Source of the DNA: a virus
Taxonomy: Duplodnaviria; Caudoviricetes
Virus record (IMG/VR): IMGVR_UViG_3300032233_001346
Location: 1 to 24,509 of that record
Reading direction: 5' to 3' (one strand)
Length of the DNA: 24,509 nucleotides
Shown here in pieces: positions 15,029 through 24,400 of the stretch. A program made the translations under genes and the position numbers. Position 1 is the stretch's first letter. Every line of letters begins with the position of its first letter. Under the pieces are notes generated by a model, which worked only from the letters and a program-made list of their open reading frames with translations, had not been told where the DNA came from and did no database searches.

Positions 15029-15809
15029 TCTATATTGCAACGATTCTCTTCTTCCCTCAACCTCAGATAAAAACACTTCTAAGTTTACTGAGTGGGTTTA
15101 TGATGGTTCTGGTGCGGTAAGTCTTTATGTGAATCAAAGATCTTTAGATGTGCTTCAGGATGTTTCATCCACACCTAAGTATATCTGGCTTCTAGAATCA
15201 AAACAAATTATTCAAGGAGTCTATGATTGGATTCTTGCAAACTATGAGTTTGTTGCATCTAGAGTGGACGGCATTTTTTCACCAGATAAAGAACTTTGTG
15301 AAAAGTATCCCAAGTTTCAGTATTCACTTAGTAATGCAGCTCCTTGGGTTATAGATCGTCAGATTTTTGAAAAGACTGAATTGGTATCAATGATTTCTTC
15401 AAACAAATCAATGGTTCCTGGTCATCGTAAGAGACTGGAATTTGTGAATAAATTTAAAGATCAGGTTCATCTTTATGGTAGAGGTTTTAGAGATCTTGCT
15501 GCAAAAGAAGATGGACTTCGGGATTATATGTTTTCTATTGCAGTAGAGAACGCCGTGTATGATACATACTTTACTGAAAAACTTACGGATTGTTTTGCCA
15601 CAGGCACAATCCCAGTTTTCTATGGATGTAAAGGAGTTACTGAGTACTTTAATGAAGATGGAATTATATTCCTAGATGATGATTTTGATGTTTCTACTTT
15701 GACAAAAGAACTTTATTATTCTAAAATGGAAGCGATTAAAGATAACTTTGAACGTGCAAACAATCTTCCTGTCGCAGAAGATTATCTATTTACAACCTAT
15801 TTTCAATGA
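15009..15809 (+). CDS. GT10 (alpha-1,3-fucosyltransferase-like) glycosyltransferase
   Basis: YMFSIAVENAVYDTYFTEKLTDCFATGTIPVFYG motif. Confidence 0.85.
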   Translation: MSKFKINLYCNDSLLPSTSDKNTSKFTEWVYDGSGAVSLYVNQRSLDVLQDVSSTPKYIWLLESKQIIQGVYDWILANYEFVASRVDGIFSPDKELCEKYPKFQYSLSNAAPWVIDRQIFEKTELVSMISSNKSMVPGHRKRLEFVNKFKDQVHLYGRGFRDLAAKEDGLRDYMFSIAVENAVYDTYFTEKLTDCFATGTIPVFYGCKGVTEYFNEDGIIFLDDDFDVSTLTKELYYSKMEAIKDNFERANNLPVAEDYLFTTYFQ

Positions 15810-16453
15810 GCCAATATAGTTATTTTGGTAATAATAATGTTACTTTGAAAGGAGTAATTCACGTTGGTGCTCATCGTGGAGAAGAGATATTTGACTATGA
15901 AAATCTTGGAGCAAAACAAGTAATTTGGATTGAAGCAAATCCAGATGTATTCAAAGAACTTCAAGTTGCTTTAGAACGTGCTCAAAGTTCCGTTGAGTCT
16001 CACGGATTTTGTCTTGCAGCAAGTGATGTTGATGACCAAGAAGTAGATTTTCATATTTGTTATGGTCCAGATGCTAAGTTTATGTCGGGCAATAAGGGAT
16101 GTTCATCTCTATTAAAACCAAAAGGAAGATTTGAAGAATGGTACAAAGAAACAATTAAAGTTGAAACAATTAAGTTGGATACTTTATTTGAAAGAAATGA
16201 ATTTGATTTCAATGATTTTGATCTTCTAGATATGGATACACAAGGAGCAGAACTTCTTGTTTTGAAAGGATCATCAAAAGTTCTTGAAAACGTAAAATAT
16301 GTTACAACTGAAGCTACCTGGGACAATCCAGATTATATTGGTAACGTAATGTTTGATGAACTTACTGAATATTTGGAGACATTTGGATTTAAACAGAAAG
16401 AAACATATCACCATGATGTGAACTGGGGAGATGTTTTGTTTGTAAAAGAATAA
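15806..16453 (+). CDS. FkbM-family methyltransferase
   Basis: IHVGAHRGE, IEANP, SSLL, LDMDTQGAELLVLKG. Confidence 0.88.
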   Translation: MSQYSYFGNNNVTLKGVIHVGAHRGEEIFDYENLGAKQVIWIEANPDVFKELQVALERAQSSVESHGFCLAASDVDDQEVDFHICYGPDAKFMSGNKGCSSLLKPKGRFEEWYKETIKVETIKLDTLFERNEFDFNDFDLLDMDTQGAELLVLKGSSKVLENVKYVTTEATWDNPDYIGNVMFDELTEYLETFGFKQKETYHHDVNWGDVLFVKE

Positions 16454-16458
16454 ATTTA

Positions 16459-16488
16459 TTGACAAATATTAGTTTCATATAATAAAAT
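16459..16488 (+). promoter_or_regulatory. Internal sigma70 promoter upstream of nadE
   Basis: TTGACA-N18-TAAAAT; GGAG RBS before ATG 16510. Confidence 0.55.
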
Positions 16489-16509
16489 AGTAGATATTAC
16501 TGGAGAACA

Positions 16510-17298
16510 ATGAACCGTATTGATAATTATAAGGGACTTGCAGATAGAATTGTAAATTGGATTTGCGATTATGCTTCCGAATATAATATTAAATCACTTG
16601 TAGTGGGAGTTTCTGGTGGAATTGACTCCTCTGTTGTTTCCACTCTTTGTGCAAGAACTGGTCTTCCAACTTATGTGATTGGTATGCCTATTAATCAAAG
16701 AGATGAACAGGAAGCTCTTTCTGATACTCATGGAGAGTGGTTGCAAAAGAAATATACAAATGTGCGATTTATTAAAGTAGATTTAAGTTCGGTAAATGAT
16801 TTGTTCCTTGCAAATGTAAATCTTCAAGTTGGAGAAAGATTTGCGACAAATAAACTTGCACAAGCTAATACTCGTTCTCGTTTGAGAATGGTTACCTTGT
16901 ATCAAGTTGCAACAACAGTTGGTGGTATTGTTGTCGGTACTGGTAACAAGGTTGAAGATTATGGTGTAGGTTTCTATACCAAGTATGGTGATGGTGGAAT
17001 TGATATTGCACCCATTGCTGACCTCTACAAGACCGAGGTATGGGAACTTGGTAAGTATATTGGAGTGGATGAACGTATTATTGATGCACCACCAACTGAT
17101 GGTCTCTGGGATGATGGACGCACTGATGAAGACCAGATTGGTACTTCCTATGAAATGCTTGAATGGGTAATGGAAGAGGGTCTCCAAACTCCTCCAGAAC
17201 AACTCAATGAAGAAGAACTTAATGCTATTAATGTATACACCAAGTTCAACACTCAAAACAAACACAAAATGGTTTCTATTCCTACATTCAAACTATGA
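16510..17298 (+). CDS. nadE: NH3-dependent NAD+ synthetase
   Basis: GVSGGIDS, ANTRSRLRM, GTGNKVE, GFYTKYGDGG, PIADLYKTEV, PTDGLW; no glutaminase domain. Confidence 0.95.
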   Translation: MNRIDNYKGLADRIVNWICDYASEYNIKSLVVGVSGGIDSSVVSTLCARTGLPTYVIGMPINQRDEQEALSDTHGEWLQKKYTNVRFIKVDLSSVNDLFLANVNLQVGERFATNKLAQANTRSRLRMVTLYQVATTVGGIVVGTGNKVEDYGVGFYTKYGDGGIDIAPIADLYKTEVWELGKYIGVDERIIDAPPTDGLWDDGRTDEDQIGTSYEMLEWVMEEGLQTPPEQLNEEELNAINVYTKFNTQNKHKMVSIPTFKL

Positions 17299-18440
17299 AA
17301 ATTGGATTAATCGGCGCTGGAAGATTGGGTATCTGTCTCGCACTCCTAATGGAGAATGCGGGATATGATGTTTTGGTCTCTGATATTCGTGAGGATTATG
17401 TAGAAAACCTCAATAAAAAAATCATCACAACTGCAGAACCTCATGTTACCGAACATCTGAAGAAGGCTACTAATCTTGAAGCAACTACAGATAATAAAAA
17501 AGTCATTGATGAATGTGACATCATCTTTACTTTAGTTGCAACTCCATCATCACCCGATGGTTCTTATGATGTAAGTGCGGTTTGGAATGTGGTACGGGAC
17601 TTCCAAGAAACTCAGAACGTTAGTGGAAAGACTTTAATCGTTGGTTGTACTACTAATCCTGGAGATTGTGAAAGGTTCCAAGAACAACTCAAGTCTTATG
17701 GTGTGAGTGTAATCTATAATCCAGAATTCATTGCACAAGGTTCCATCATCAAAGATTTGACCAACGCAGATATGGTTCTCATTGGCGGTGACAATGAGGA
17801 AGTGATGGATATTCTTTCGGATATGTATAAGAAAATCCAAGTTATTAAACCAAAGATTAGTCGTATGTCATTGACTGCTGCGGAACTTGTGAAACTTGCA
17901 GTCAATTGTTATCTGACTACCAAGATCAGTTACGCTAATATGCTTGGTGAAGTTATGACAATGGCAGGCCTTGAAGATGAGATTGAGAATGTTCTGAATG
18001 CCATTGGGAACGACTCTAGAGTAGGAACTAAATATCTCAGATACGGATATGGATTTGGTGGTCCTTGTTTACCAAGGGATAATAGATCTTTCGCAGCATT
18101 TGCAAAGAAACTTGGATTGACTTATAATCTAGGGGAGACTACAGATAACTTCAATTTTGAACACGCCAAGTTCCTTAAGAAGTATTTCATTCAAAAGAAT
18201 GTAGACAAACTACCATTCTATTTCAGTTATGTTTCCTACAAGAAAGGAACTGATATTCTGACAGAAAGTCAACAATACATTCTCTGTCAGGATTTACTTG
18301 ATCAAGGTTATACTGTTTATATTGATGATATTGATTATATCAATAGTCAAGTTAAATCTCAATTAAGTCAATTTTACGGTGACAAACTTAAATTTGGGAA
18401 ACCACCTGGAAATATTAAAACATTTGCAATTAATTTATGA
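17295..18440 (+). CDS. UDP-glucose/GDP-mannose 6-dehydrogenase family protein
   Basis: IGAGRLG, VATP, YNPEF, AELVKLAVN, GFGGPCLPRD. Confidence 0.92.
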   Translation: MKIGLIGAGRLGICLALLMENAGYDVLVSDIREDYVENLNKKIITTAEPHVTEHLKKATNLEATTDNKKVIDECDIIFTLVATPSSPDGSYDVSAVWNVVRDFQETQNVSGKTLIVGCTTNPGDCERFQEQLKSYGVSVIYNPEFIAQGSIIKDLTNADMVLIGGDNEEVMDILSDMYKKIQVIKPKISRMSLTAAELVKLAVNCYLTTKISYANMLGEVMTMAGLEDEIENVLNAIGNDSRVGTKYLRYGYGFGGPCLPRDNRSFAAFAKKLGLTYNLGETTDNFNFEHAKFLKKYFIQKNVDKLPFYFSYVSYKKGTDILTESQQYILCQDLLDQGYTVYIDDIDYINSQVKSQLSQFYGDKLKFGKPPGNIKTFAINL

Positions 18441-19297
18441 TTGGATATAATAGACTAGGAAGTAATGGTCGTCTGGGAAATCAGATGTTTCAGTACGCAG
18501 CACTTAGAGGTATTGCTGCAAAACATGGTTATGATTGGGTTATTCCGCCAGATACTTATGACCATAAGGATAATTATGGATTATTTGAAACATTTGAACT
18601 TACAAATGTTAAATCAGAAAATATTGGATTTGTAAATGGAAATTCTATAGAAGAGAATGACCATTGTTTTATTCCAGATTTTTTTGAACAGTGTCCTGAT
18701 AATGTAAGTTTGGAGGGATATTTTCAAACCGAAAAATATTTTGATCATATTGCAGATGAAATTCACGCAGATTTCACCTTTAAAAAAGATTACTTGGATC
18801 CTTGCAAAGAGTATATCAACTCATTGGATACTGCTCCTATTTTTCTTCACATTCGTCAGAGTGATAATATTGGACGAGAACAATATCACCCAATCCTCCC
18901 CATCTCATATTTTGAAGAAGCCTTAACTCAATTTCCCGAAGATACACAATGTTTTGTTTTCACGGATGATATTGAGTGGTGTAAGAATCAAGAATTTTTT
19001 AAACAGGATCGTTTCTTGTTTAATGAGAGTAATGGTAGATATACCAATAGAACTATTGATGGACTTGGAAAACTTCAAAATACTCTTCTTCCTCAAGTTG
19101 ATTTGTGTTTGATGTCTTTGTGTTCTGGTGCTATCATTGCAAACTCATCATTCTCTTGGTGGGGTGCTTGGTTGCAGAACGACACTGGTAAAGTGGTTGC
19201 TCCAGATCCTAAGAAATGGTTTGGTACTGCAATGACACATCTAGATACTTCGGACATTGTTCCCGAACGTTGGACTATTCAAGAATGGAGTAAGTGA
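18437..19297 (+). CDS. GT11 alpha-1,2-fucosyltransferase-like (copy 1)
   Basis: GRLGNQMFQYA, GYFQTEKYF, LHIRQSD, IIANSSFSWWGAWL. Confidence 0.9.
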   Translation: MIGYNRLGSNGRLGNQMFQYAALRGIAAKHGYDWVIPPDTYDHKDNYGLFETFELTNVKSENIGFVNGNSIEENDHCFIPDFFEQCPDNVSLEGYFQTEKYFDHIADEIHADFTFKKDYLDPCKEYINSLDTAPIFLHIRQSDNIGREQYHPILPISYFEEALTQFPEDTQCFVFTDDIEWCKNQEFFKQDRFLFNESNGRYTNRTIDGLGKLQNTLLPQVDLCLMSLCSGAIIANSSFSWWGAWLQNDTGKVVAPDPKKWFGTAMTHLDTSDIVPERWTIQEWSK

Positions 19298-20193
19298 TGG
19301 CTATTTCTTTTAAAGGTTTAGGTAATGAAGGTCGTCTGGGAAATCAGATGTTCCAGTATGCATTTATCAGAGGTGTTGCTGCAAATCGCGGATTTGATTG
19401 GGTAATTCCGCCAGAAGATGCAGACCGTATGGATAATTACGGTCTCTTTGATGCATTTGAACTTAAAAACTGTGATAGAGAAAGGAACACTGGTGAACCT
19501 TTTTATAAGACAGTTGAATATCGTGATATGCACTTCAATGAAGAGATCTTCAATAAGTGTGAAGATAATACTAATTTCTCTGGTAACTTTCAGACCGAGA
19601 GATACTTTGAATCTATTTCTGATAGTATCCGAGAAGATTTTACTTTCAAGAGTTACTATCTAGAACCCTGTCAGGAGTATATTGATTCTCTTGGTGGTAG
19701 AGAGAACTGCATCTTCTTACATGTTCGCCGTGGATCTCCGAATCTGACTGGTCGCAGAGGAGAAAAGTGGTCCTACCAAATGGTTCAGGAGTATCACCCT
19801 CTTTGTAAGAAAGAGTATTATCTTGAAGCCTTGAAACAGTTCCCAGAAGATAAAACTGTGATTGTTGTATCGGATTTGATTGATTGGTGTAAACGTCAAG
19901 ATTGGTTGCAAGGGGATAGGTTCCAATTCTCCGATTCATCTTATGAGACCTTCGGAGACGGTGCTGCCGTCCCTTACATTGATCTTTGTCTGATGTCTCT
20001 ATGTGGTGGTGCAATCATTGCTAACTCTTCTCTGAGTTGGTGGGGCGCTTGGTTGCAGAACGACACTGGTAAAGTGGTTGTCCCTGATCCTTGGTTTGGT
20101 CCTGCATATGCACATTACAATATGAAAGATATGGTCCCAGAAAGGTGGATCAAACTTCACAATGATCCATCTCCGGTACCCGCAGAACGATGA
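19297..20193 (+). CDS. GT11 alpha-1,2-fucosyltransferase-like (copy 2)
   Basis: GRLGNQMFQYA, LHVRRG, IIANSSLSWWGAWL. Confidence 0.9.
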   Translation: MAISFKGLGNEGRLGNQMFQYAFIRGVAANRGFDWVIPPEDADRMDNYGLFDAFELKNCDRERNTGEPFYKTVEYRDMHFNEEIFNKCEDNTNFSGNFQTERYFESISDSIREDFTFKSYYLEPCQEYIDSLGGRENCIFLHVRRGSPNLTGRRGEKWSYQMVQEYHPLCKKEYYLEALKQFPEDKTVIVVSDLIDWCKRQDWLQGDRFQFSDSSYETFGDGAAVPYIDLCLMSLCGGAIIANSSLSWWGAWLQNDTGKVVVPDPWFGPAYAHYNMKDMVPERWIKLHNDPSPVPAER

Positions 20194-21011
20194 AAGATTT
20201 AACATTCCTACTTCCCTGTAGAATTGAGTCTGAAGATAGACTTAGAAATGTAGTTACTTCTGTTACTTACCTTCTTACTAATTTTCCAGAAGCGAAAGTA
20301 ATCGTCAAAGAAGTAGACACACATTCACATTTTAAATTCAGAGCTCTTCCTGCGATCAGTAATTATGTAAATACTGATCAACTCACTCACATTTATGAAG
20401 AGAATGATGATAAGTTCTTTCATAAAACTCGTATTCTAAATGATCTTCTAGTTGCTTCTGAAACGGAGATCGTTTATAATCATGATGTAGATATTGTTTT
20501 GCCAGTATCCAGTTATCATTATGCTTATGATGGTATTAAAAACAGAGGTGCAGATGCAGTCTATCCTTTTGGATGTGGAGTGTATCAGTGGGCAGTAAAT
20601 TATTCAGAACAAGTATTCAGTCAATTTTTGGATTCAAAATTTGACTTTAAAGTTCTTGATGATACTAAGTTCCGTGTTGCATCTTCTATTGGTTGGGGTC
20701 AAATGATCAAACGTCAAGTAGAGATTGATATCGGGCTTTGGAATGAAAACTTTATATCTTGGGGTGCAGAAGACTGTGAGTTTTATTTCCGTCTAAATGC
20801 ACTTGGGTATCAAGTTGGTAGAATTAATGATGACATCTATCACTTTGAACACGGTAGAACTTTTAATTCTCATTATCACAATCCTAAATTTATGGATAAT
20901 CATAATCTCTGGCAAAGCATTAGAACTTGGGATCCAAATAAATTGAAAACTTATTATTCACAACAATCTTATATCCAAAAACGGGGGAAACAACTCAATG
21001 TTAGCGTTTAA
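20190..21011 (+). CDS. GT-A fold glycosyltransferase (GT2/GT7C-like)
   Basis: HDVD (DxD) and GLWNENFISWGAED motifs. Confidence 0.82.
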   Translation: MKDLTFLLPCRIESEDRLRNVVTSVTYLLTNFPEAKVIVKEVDTHSHFKFRALPAISNYVNTDQLTHIYEENDDKFFHKTRILNDLLVASETEIVYNHDVDIVLPVSSYHYAYDGIKNRGADAVYPFGCGVYQWAVNYSEQVFSQFLDSKFDFKVLDDTKFRVASSIGWGQMIKRQVEIDIGLWNENFISWGAEDCEFYFRLNALGYQVGRINDDIYHFEHGRTFNSHYHNPKFMDNHNLWQSIRTWDPNKLKTYYSQQSYIQKRGKQLNVSV

Positions 21012-21852
21012 TGAATTAGGTAATAACGGTCGTTTGGGAAATCAAATGTTCCAGTATGCTGCTTTGCGTGGTATCGCATCTGCAAAAGGATATGATTGGT
21101 GTATTCCTCCCTTTACCACTAAGAGAATTGATAACTATAGTCTTGCAAATTGTTTTATTCTTGGAAGTGTAAAACCAAATAATCAATATATTCTTGATCG
21201 TGGATTCGCTCCTATCGTAATGGAGAAACACTTTCATTTTGACAATGAACTTCTAGAACTTTGTCCTAACGATGTTTCTATTCATGGATTTTTCCAAACT
21301 GAAAAATACTTTAAACACATTGAAAGTGAAATTAGATCTGATTTTACTTTCCATCAGGACTTGGTTACACCTATTACTGGATTTCTTTCTGAACTAAAAG
21401 ATCCAATCTTCCTTCATGTTCGTCGTGGAGATCCAAATCTTGTAGATGCTCGTGGATTTAAGTGGTCTTACACACAATGTTCAGATCAACATCCTCCACA
21501 ACCACTTGAGTATTATGAAGAAGCACTGAAACTTTTCCCAGAGGACCAAGAAGTTGTTGTTGTTTCTGATTCTCCTGAGTGGGTTATGGAACAAGAACTA
21601 TTCAAACCTGATCGTTTCTACGTTTCTACTCCAGAAGAAAAGTATCCAGATGGTTCTTATACTCCTTATGTAGATCTGTCTATTATGGCTCATTGCAAAG
21701 GTGGTATTATTGCTAATTCCACTCTTTCTTGGTGGGGCGCCTGGTTACAAAATAATGTAGGTAAAATTGTAGCACCTAAAATGTGGTTTGGACCTGCATA
21801 TGCTGATAAAGAAACTAAAGATCTTTACCCGGAGACTTGGACTGTACTGTGA
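20998..21852 (+). CDS. GT11 alpha-1,2-fucosyltransferase-like (copy 3)
   Basis: GRLGNQMFQYA, LHVRRGD, IIANSTLSWWGAWL. Confidence 0.9.
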   Translation: MLAFNELGNNGRLGNQMFQYAALRGIASAKGYDWCIPPFTTKRIDNYSLANCFILGSVKPNNQYILDRGFAPIVMEKHFHFDNELLELCPNDVSIHGFFQTEKYFKHIESEIRSDFTFHQDLVTPITGFLSELKDPIFLHVRRGDPNLVDARGFKWSYTQCSDQHPPQPLEYYEEALKLFPEDQEVVVVSDSPEWVMEQELFKPDRFYVSTPEEKYPDGSYTPYVDLSIMAHCKGGIIANSTLSWWGAWLQNNVGKIVAPKMWFGPAYADKETKDLYPETWTVL

Positions 21853-22643
21853 TGGATAAGAATAAGGCTGCTTATAAACTTAAAGGAATTGGACCTATTT
21901 ACTATCTCAATCTGGATGGACAACCAGAACGTAGACAGTATATGGAAGAACAATTTGCGTATTGGGAAGTTGAAAACTATGAACGCATCTCTGCCTATGA
22001 TGGTAGAGATGATGATTTGAGTGATATTCTTCATGGCAGATATCCTGAAAATATGAGTTCTGGTGAGATTGGTTGTGTAACTTCTCACCTTAAAGCACTC
22101 AAACATTTCTTAGAAACATCTGATGCACCTTATTGTGTGATGATGGAAGACGATATTGATCTGAGTACAGTTCAATATTGGAACTTTACTTGGAATCAAT
22201 TTGTTGCAAGACTTCCTTATGACTATGATGTAACTCAACTTGCAATTATTTGTCCAGGAACTTTGCACGTAACTCTACATCGTAGATTTGTAAATGATTT
22301 TTCTACGGCATGTTACATCATTACTCGTCATCATGCTGAAAAAGTAGTTAGATTGCATTGTAAAGGTGAAAAGTATAAACTTGATTATCCTATTAAACCT
22401 CGTGCAGTTGCAGATGATCTGATTTATAATTCTGGAAATACTTTTGCTATTCCTATCTTCCTTTATAAAATTGAATTAGGATCTTCTATTCATCCAGAAC
22501 ACATTGAGATTTTCCATAGAGGAAGTCATAATGGACTTACAGAATTGTGGCAGACTCGGGGATCGGATTTGGAACTTGCAAAACTTATGGATTATGATCC
22601 TTATTTGGGTAGAACTTCTGAGGTTCAACAATCCCAAGAATAG
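21852..22643 (+). CDS. GT25 family glycosyltransferase
   Basis: YYLNLD..ERR, ERISAYDG, GEIGCVTSH, MEDD; ATG 21852 (TGATG coupling). Confidence 0.85.
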   Translation: MDKNKAAYKLKGIGPIYYLNLDGQPERRQYMEEQFAYWEVENYERISAYDGRDDDLSDILHGRYPENMSSGEIGCVTSHLKALKHFLETSDAPYCVMMEDDIDLSTVQYWNFTWNQFVARLPYDYDVTQLAIICPGTLHVTLHRRFVNDFSTACYIITRHHAEKVVRLHCKGEKYKLDYPIKPRAVADDLIYNSGNTFAIPIFLYKIELGSSIHPEHIEIFHRGSHNGLTELWQTRGSDLELAKLMDYDPYLGRTSEVQQSQE

Positions 22644-24263
22644 ATGAGGGTACTGTCTATTCATAATGGTCATGATTCATCATTATGCGTTTATAATGAT
22701 GGGGAGATTGAAACATATCTCCTATCTGAAAGATTTACTGGAAAAAAGAATGATAATAATCGTTCTGTCATTGATCTTTTATTGAAAAAAATACCCATAT
22801 TTAATAAAAAAATTGACTTAAAACTGCAGAGTAATTTTGATGAACACCATCATATTCACCACGCAGCAATTTCTTTTTATAATAGTGGATTTGAAGAATC
22901 TTTAGTTATAGTTGTAGATGGTAATGGAGCTGAAATAATTTCCGATAGAATACGTTTTGCGGAAAAAGAGACAATTTATTTTGCAAAATATCCAGATATT
23001 TTTATTCCTCTCTATAAAAATTTTTCTGGAGAACATATTGATCAAAGTTTTATTAAAAATACTGAAGATCAAATTGATTCAAAAGAAATAATTAAATATT
23101 TTTTACAACATAGAAGTAAGTATGAAAGTGAATTTTCTTTTTCAATAAAGAATTTAAAAGAAAGATTAAATTTTGAGTTGGACTGTACCACTATTTTTGG
23201 AATAGGTGATTGTTATACTGACGCAGCAAATTTAATTGGAACCAGTCCTCTTGAATGTGGAAAAGCAATGGGGTTATCTTCCTATGGTAAACCAATTCCA
23301 AATTTTCCAAAATTATTTGAAAAAAATATTGTCAAACAATTTGGGAGATTTGAATATTCAATTAAACCAACATTCAAAATTACAAAAGAAAATTATCAAC
23401 CTTATGCTGATTATTGTTATGAGGTTCAAAGACAAACCCAAGAATCAGTTTGTCATCTTATAAGAAAAGCTATTTCTAAACATGAATGTAGAAATATTTG
23501 TATAAGTGGTGGATATGGAATGAATATCGTCGCAAATCATTATTATCTACAACAATTTCCAGAAATCAATTTTTATTTTGAACCTTTATGTGATGATGGT
23601 GGACAGTCTATAGGTCAATCAATGCTTCATTATAGGAGGGAAACCCAAGACAAAAACATCTATCCAATTCAAACCACATCATTTCATGGTATTAAATATG
23701 ATGTTTCAAAATATAGTGGAATACCTTCTTCAATAAAAGAAATTGCAAAAATACTTTCTACGGATAAATCTGTTGCAATTTATACTGGACTTGCAGAGGC
23801 TGGGAAAAGAGCTTTAGGAAATAGATCCATTTTCTTCAATGCACTTAATCCAGATGCAAAAGAAATTGTTAATCAAATAAAAAAAAGAGAATGGTATCGT
23901 CCATTTGCTGCTGTAGTTTTGGAAGAAGATTCAAACATATATTTTGATATGGGTAAAATAAAATCTTCTCCATGGATGACTATATGTTTTCCTGTGAAAA
24001 ATGAATATATTGATATTATTCCTGGTGTTGTGCATGTGGATAACACTTGTAGAATCCAAACAGTATCCAGTAAAGATGGGTACTTATATGAACTTCTCTT
24101 AGAAGTTAAAAAACTAACCAGTCACGGTATACTTTTGAATACTAGTTTTAATCTTGCAGGATATCCATTAGTTGAAACCCCAAAAGATGCCTTTAATACA
24201 TTGAGTAATTCTTCATTGGACTACTTGTGGTTTGAAGAAACTGGTCAGTTATTTGAATCTTAA
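22644..24263 (+). CDS. Carbamoyltransferase (NodU/CmcH/TobZ family)
   Basis: GHDSS, ERFT, HHIHHA, VVDGNG, GKAMGLSSYG, SGGYGMN, DGGQSIG, GKRALGNRS, KKREWYRPFA, HVDNTCRIQT, LLNTSFN. Confidence 0.92.
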   Translation: MRVLSIHNGHDSSLCVYNDGEIETYLLSERFTGKKNDNNRSVIDLLLKKIPIFNKKIDLKLQSNFDEHHHIHHAAISFYNSGFEESLVIVVDGNGAEIISDRIRFAEKETIYFAKYPDIFIPLYKNFSGEHIDQSFIKNTEDQIDSKEIIKYFLQHRSKYESEFSFSIKNLKERLNFELDCTTIFGIGDCYTDAANLIGTSPLECGKAMGLSSYGKPIPNFPKLFEKNIVKQFGRFEYSIKPTFKITKENYQPYADYCYEVQRQTQESVCHLIRKAISKHECRNICISGGYGMNIVANHYYLQQFPEINFYFEPLCDDGGQSIGQSMLHYRRETQDKNIYPIQTTSFHGIKYDVSKYSGIPSSIKEIAKILSTDKSVAIYTGLAEAGKRALGNRSIFFNALNPDAKEIVNQIKKREWYRPFAAVVLEEDSNIYFDMGKIKSSPWMTICFPVKNEYIDIIPGVVHVDNTCRIQTVSSKDGYLYELLLEVKKLTSHGILLNTSFNLAGYPLVETPKDAFNTLSNSSLDYLWFEETGQLFES

Positions 24264-24341
24264 CCAAACCTTAGTTGACAAAACTTAAAAAGTACTCTAA
24301 GATACTCACATCTTAAGAGTTTCTTAAGACACTCTAAATAA
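24259..24341 (+). promoter_or_regulatory. Porin promoter with Pho-box-like 11-bp-period repeats
   Basis: CTTAACCA (24259)/CTTAGTTG (24270); TTGACA-N17-TAAGAT (24275-24303); CTTAAGAG (24312)/CTTAAGAC (24323)/CTAAATAA (24334). Confidence 0.55.
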
Positions 24342-24400
24342 CGAAGGTTTACTCTGTTGTAAATCTTCACATTGTCGTTTAGTACAAAAAAACAAACTTT

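Noticed and set aside
18437-21852. Diversity-generating retroelement template/variable repeats
   Set aside because: Shared tracts are short, differences are not adenine-specific, and there is no reverse transcriptase in the window.
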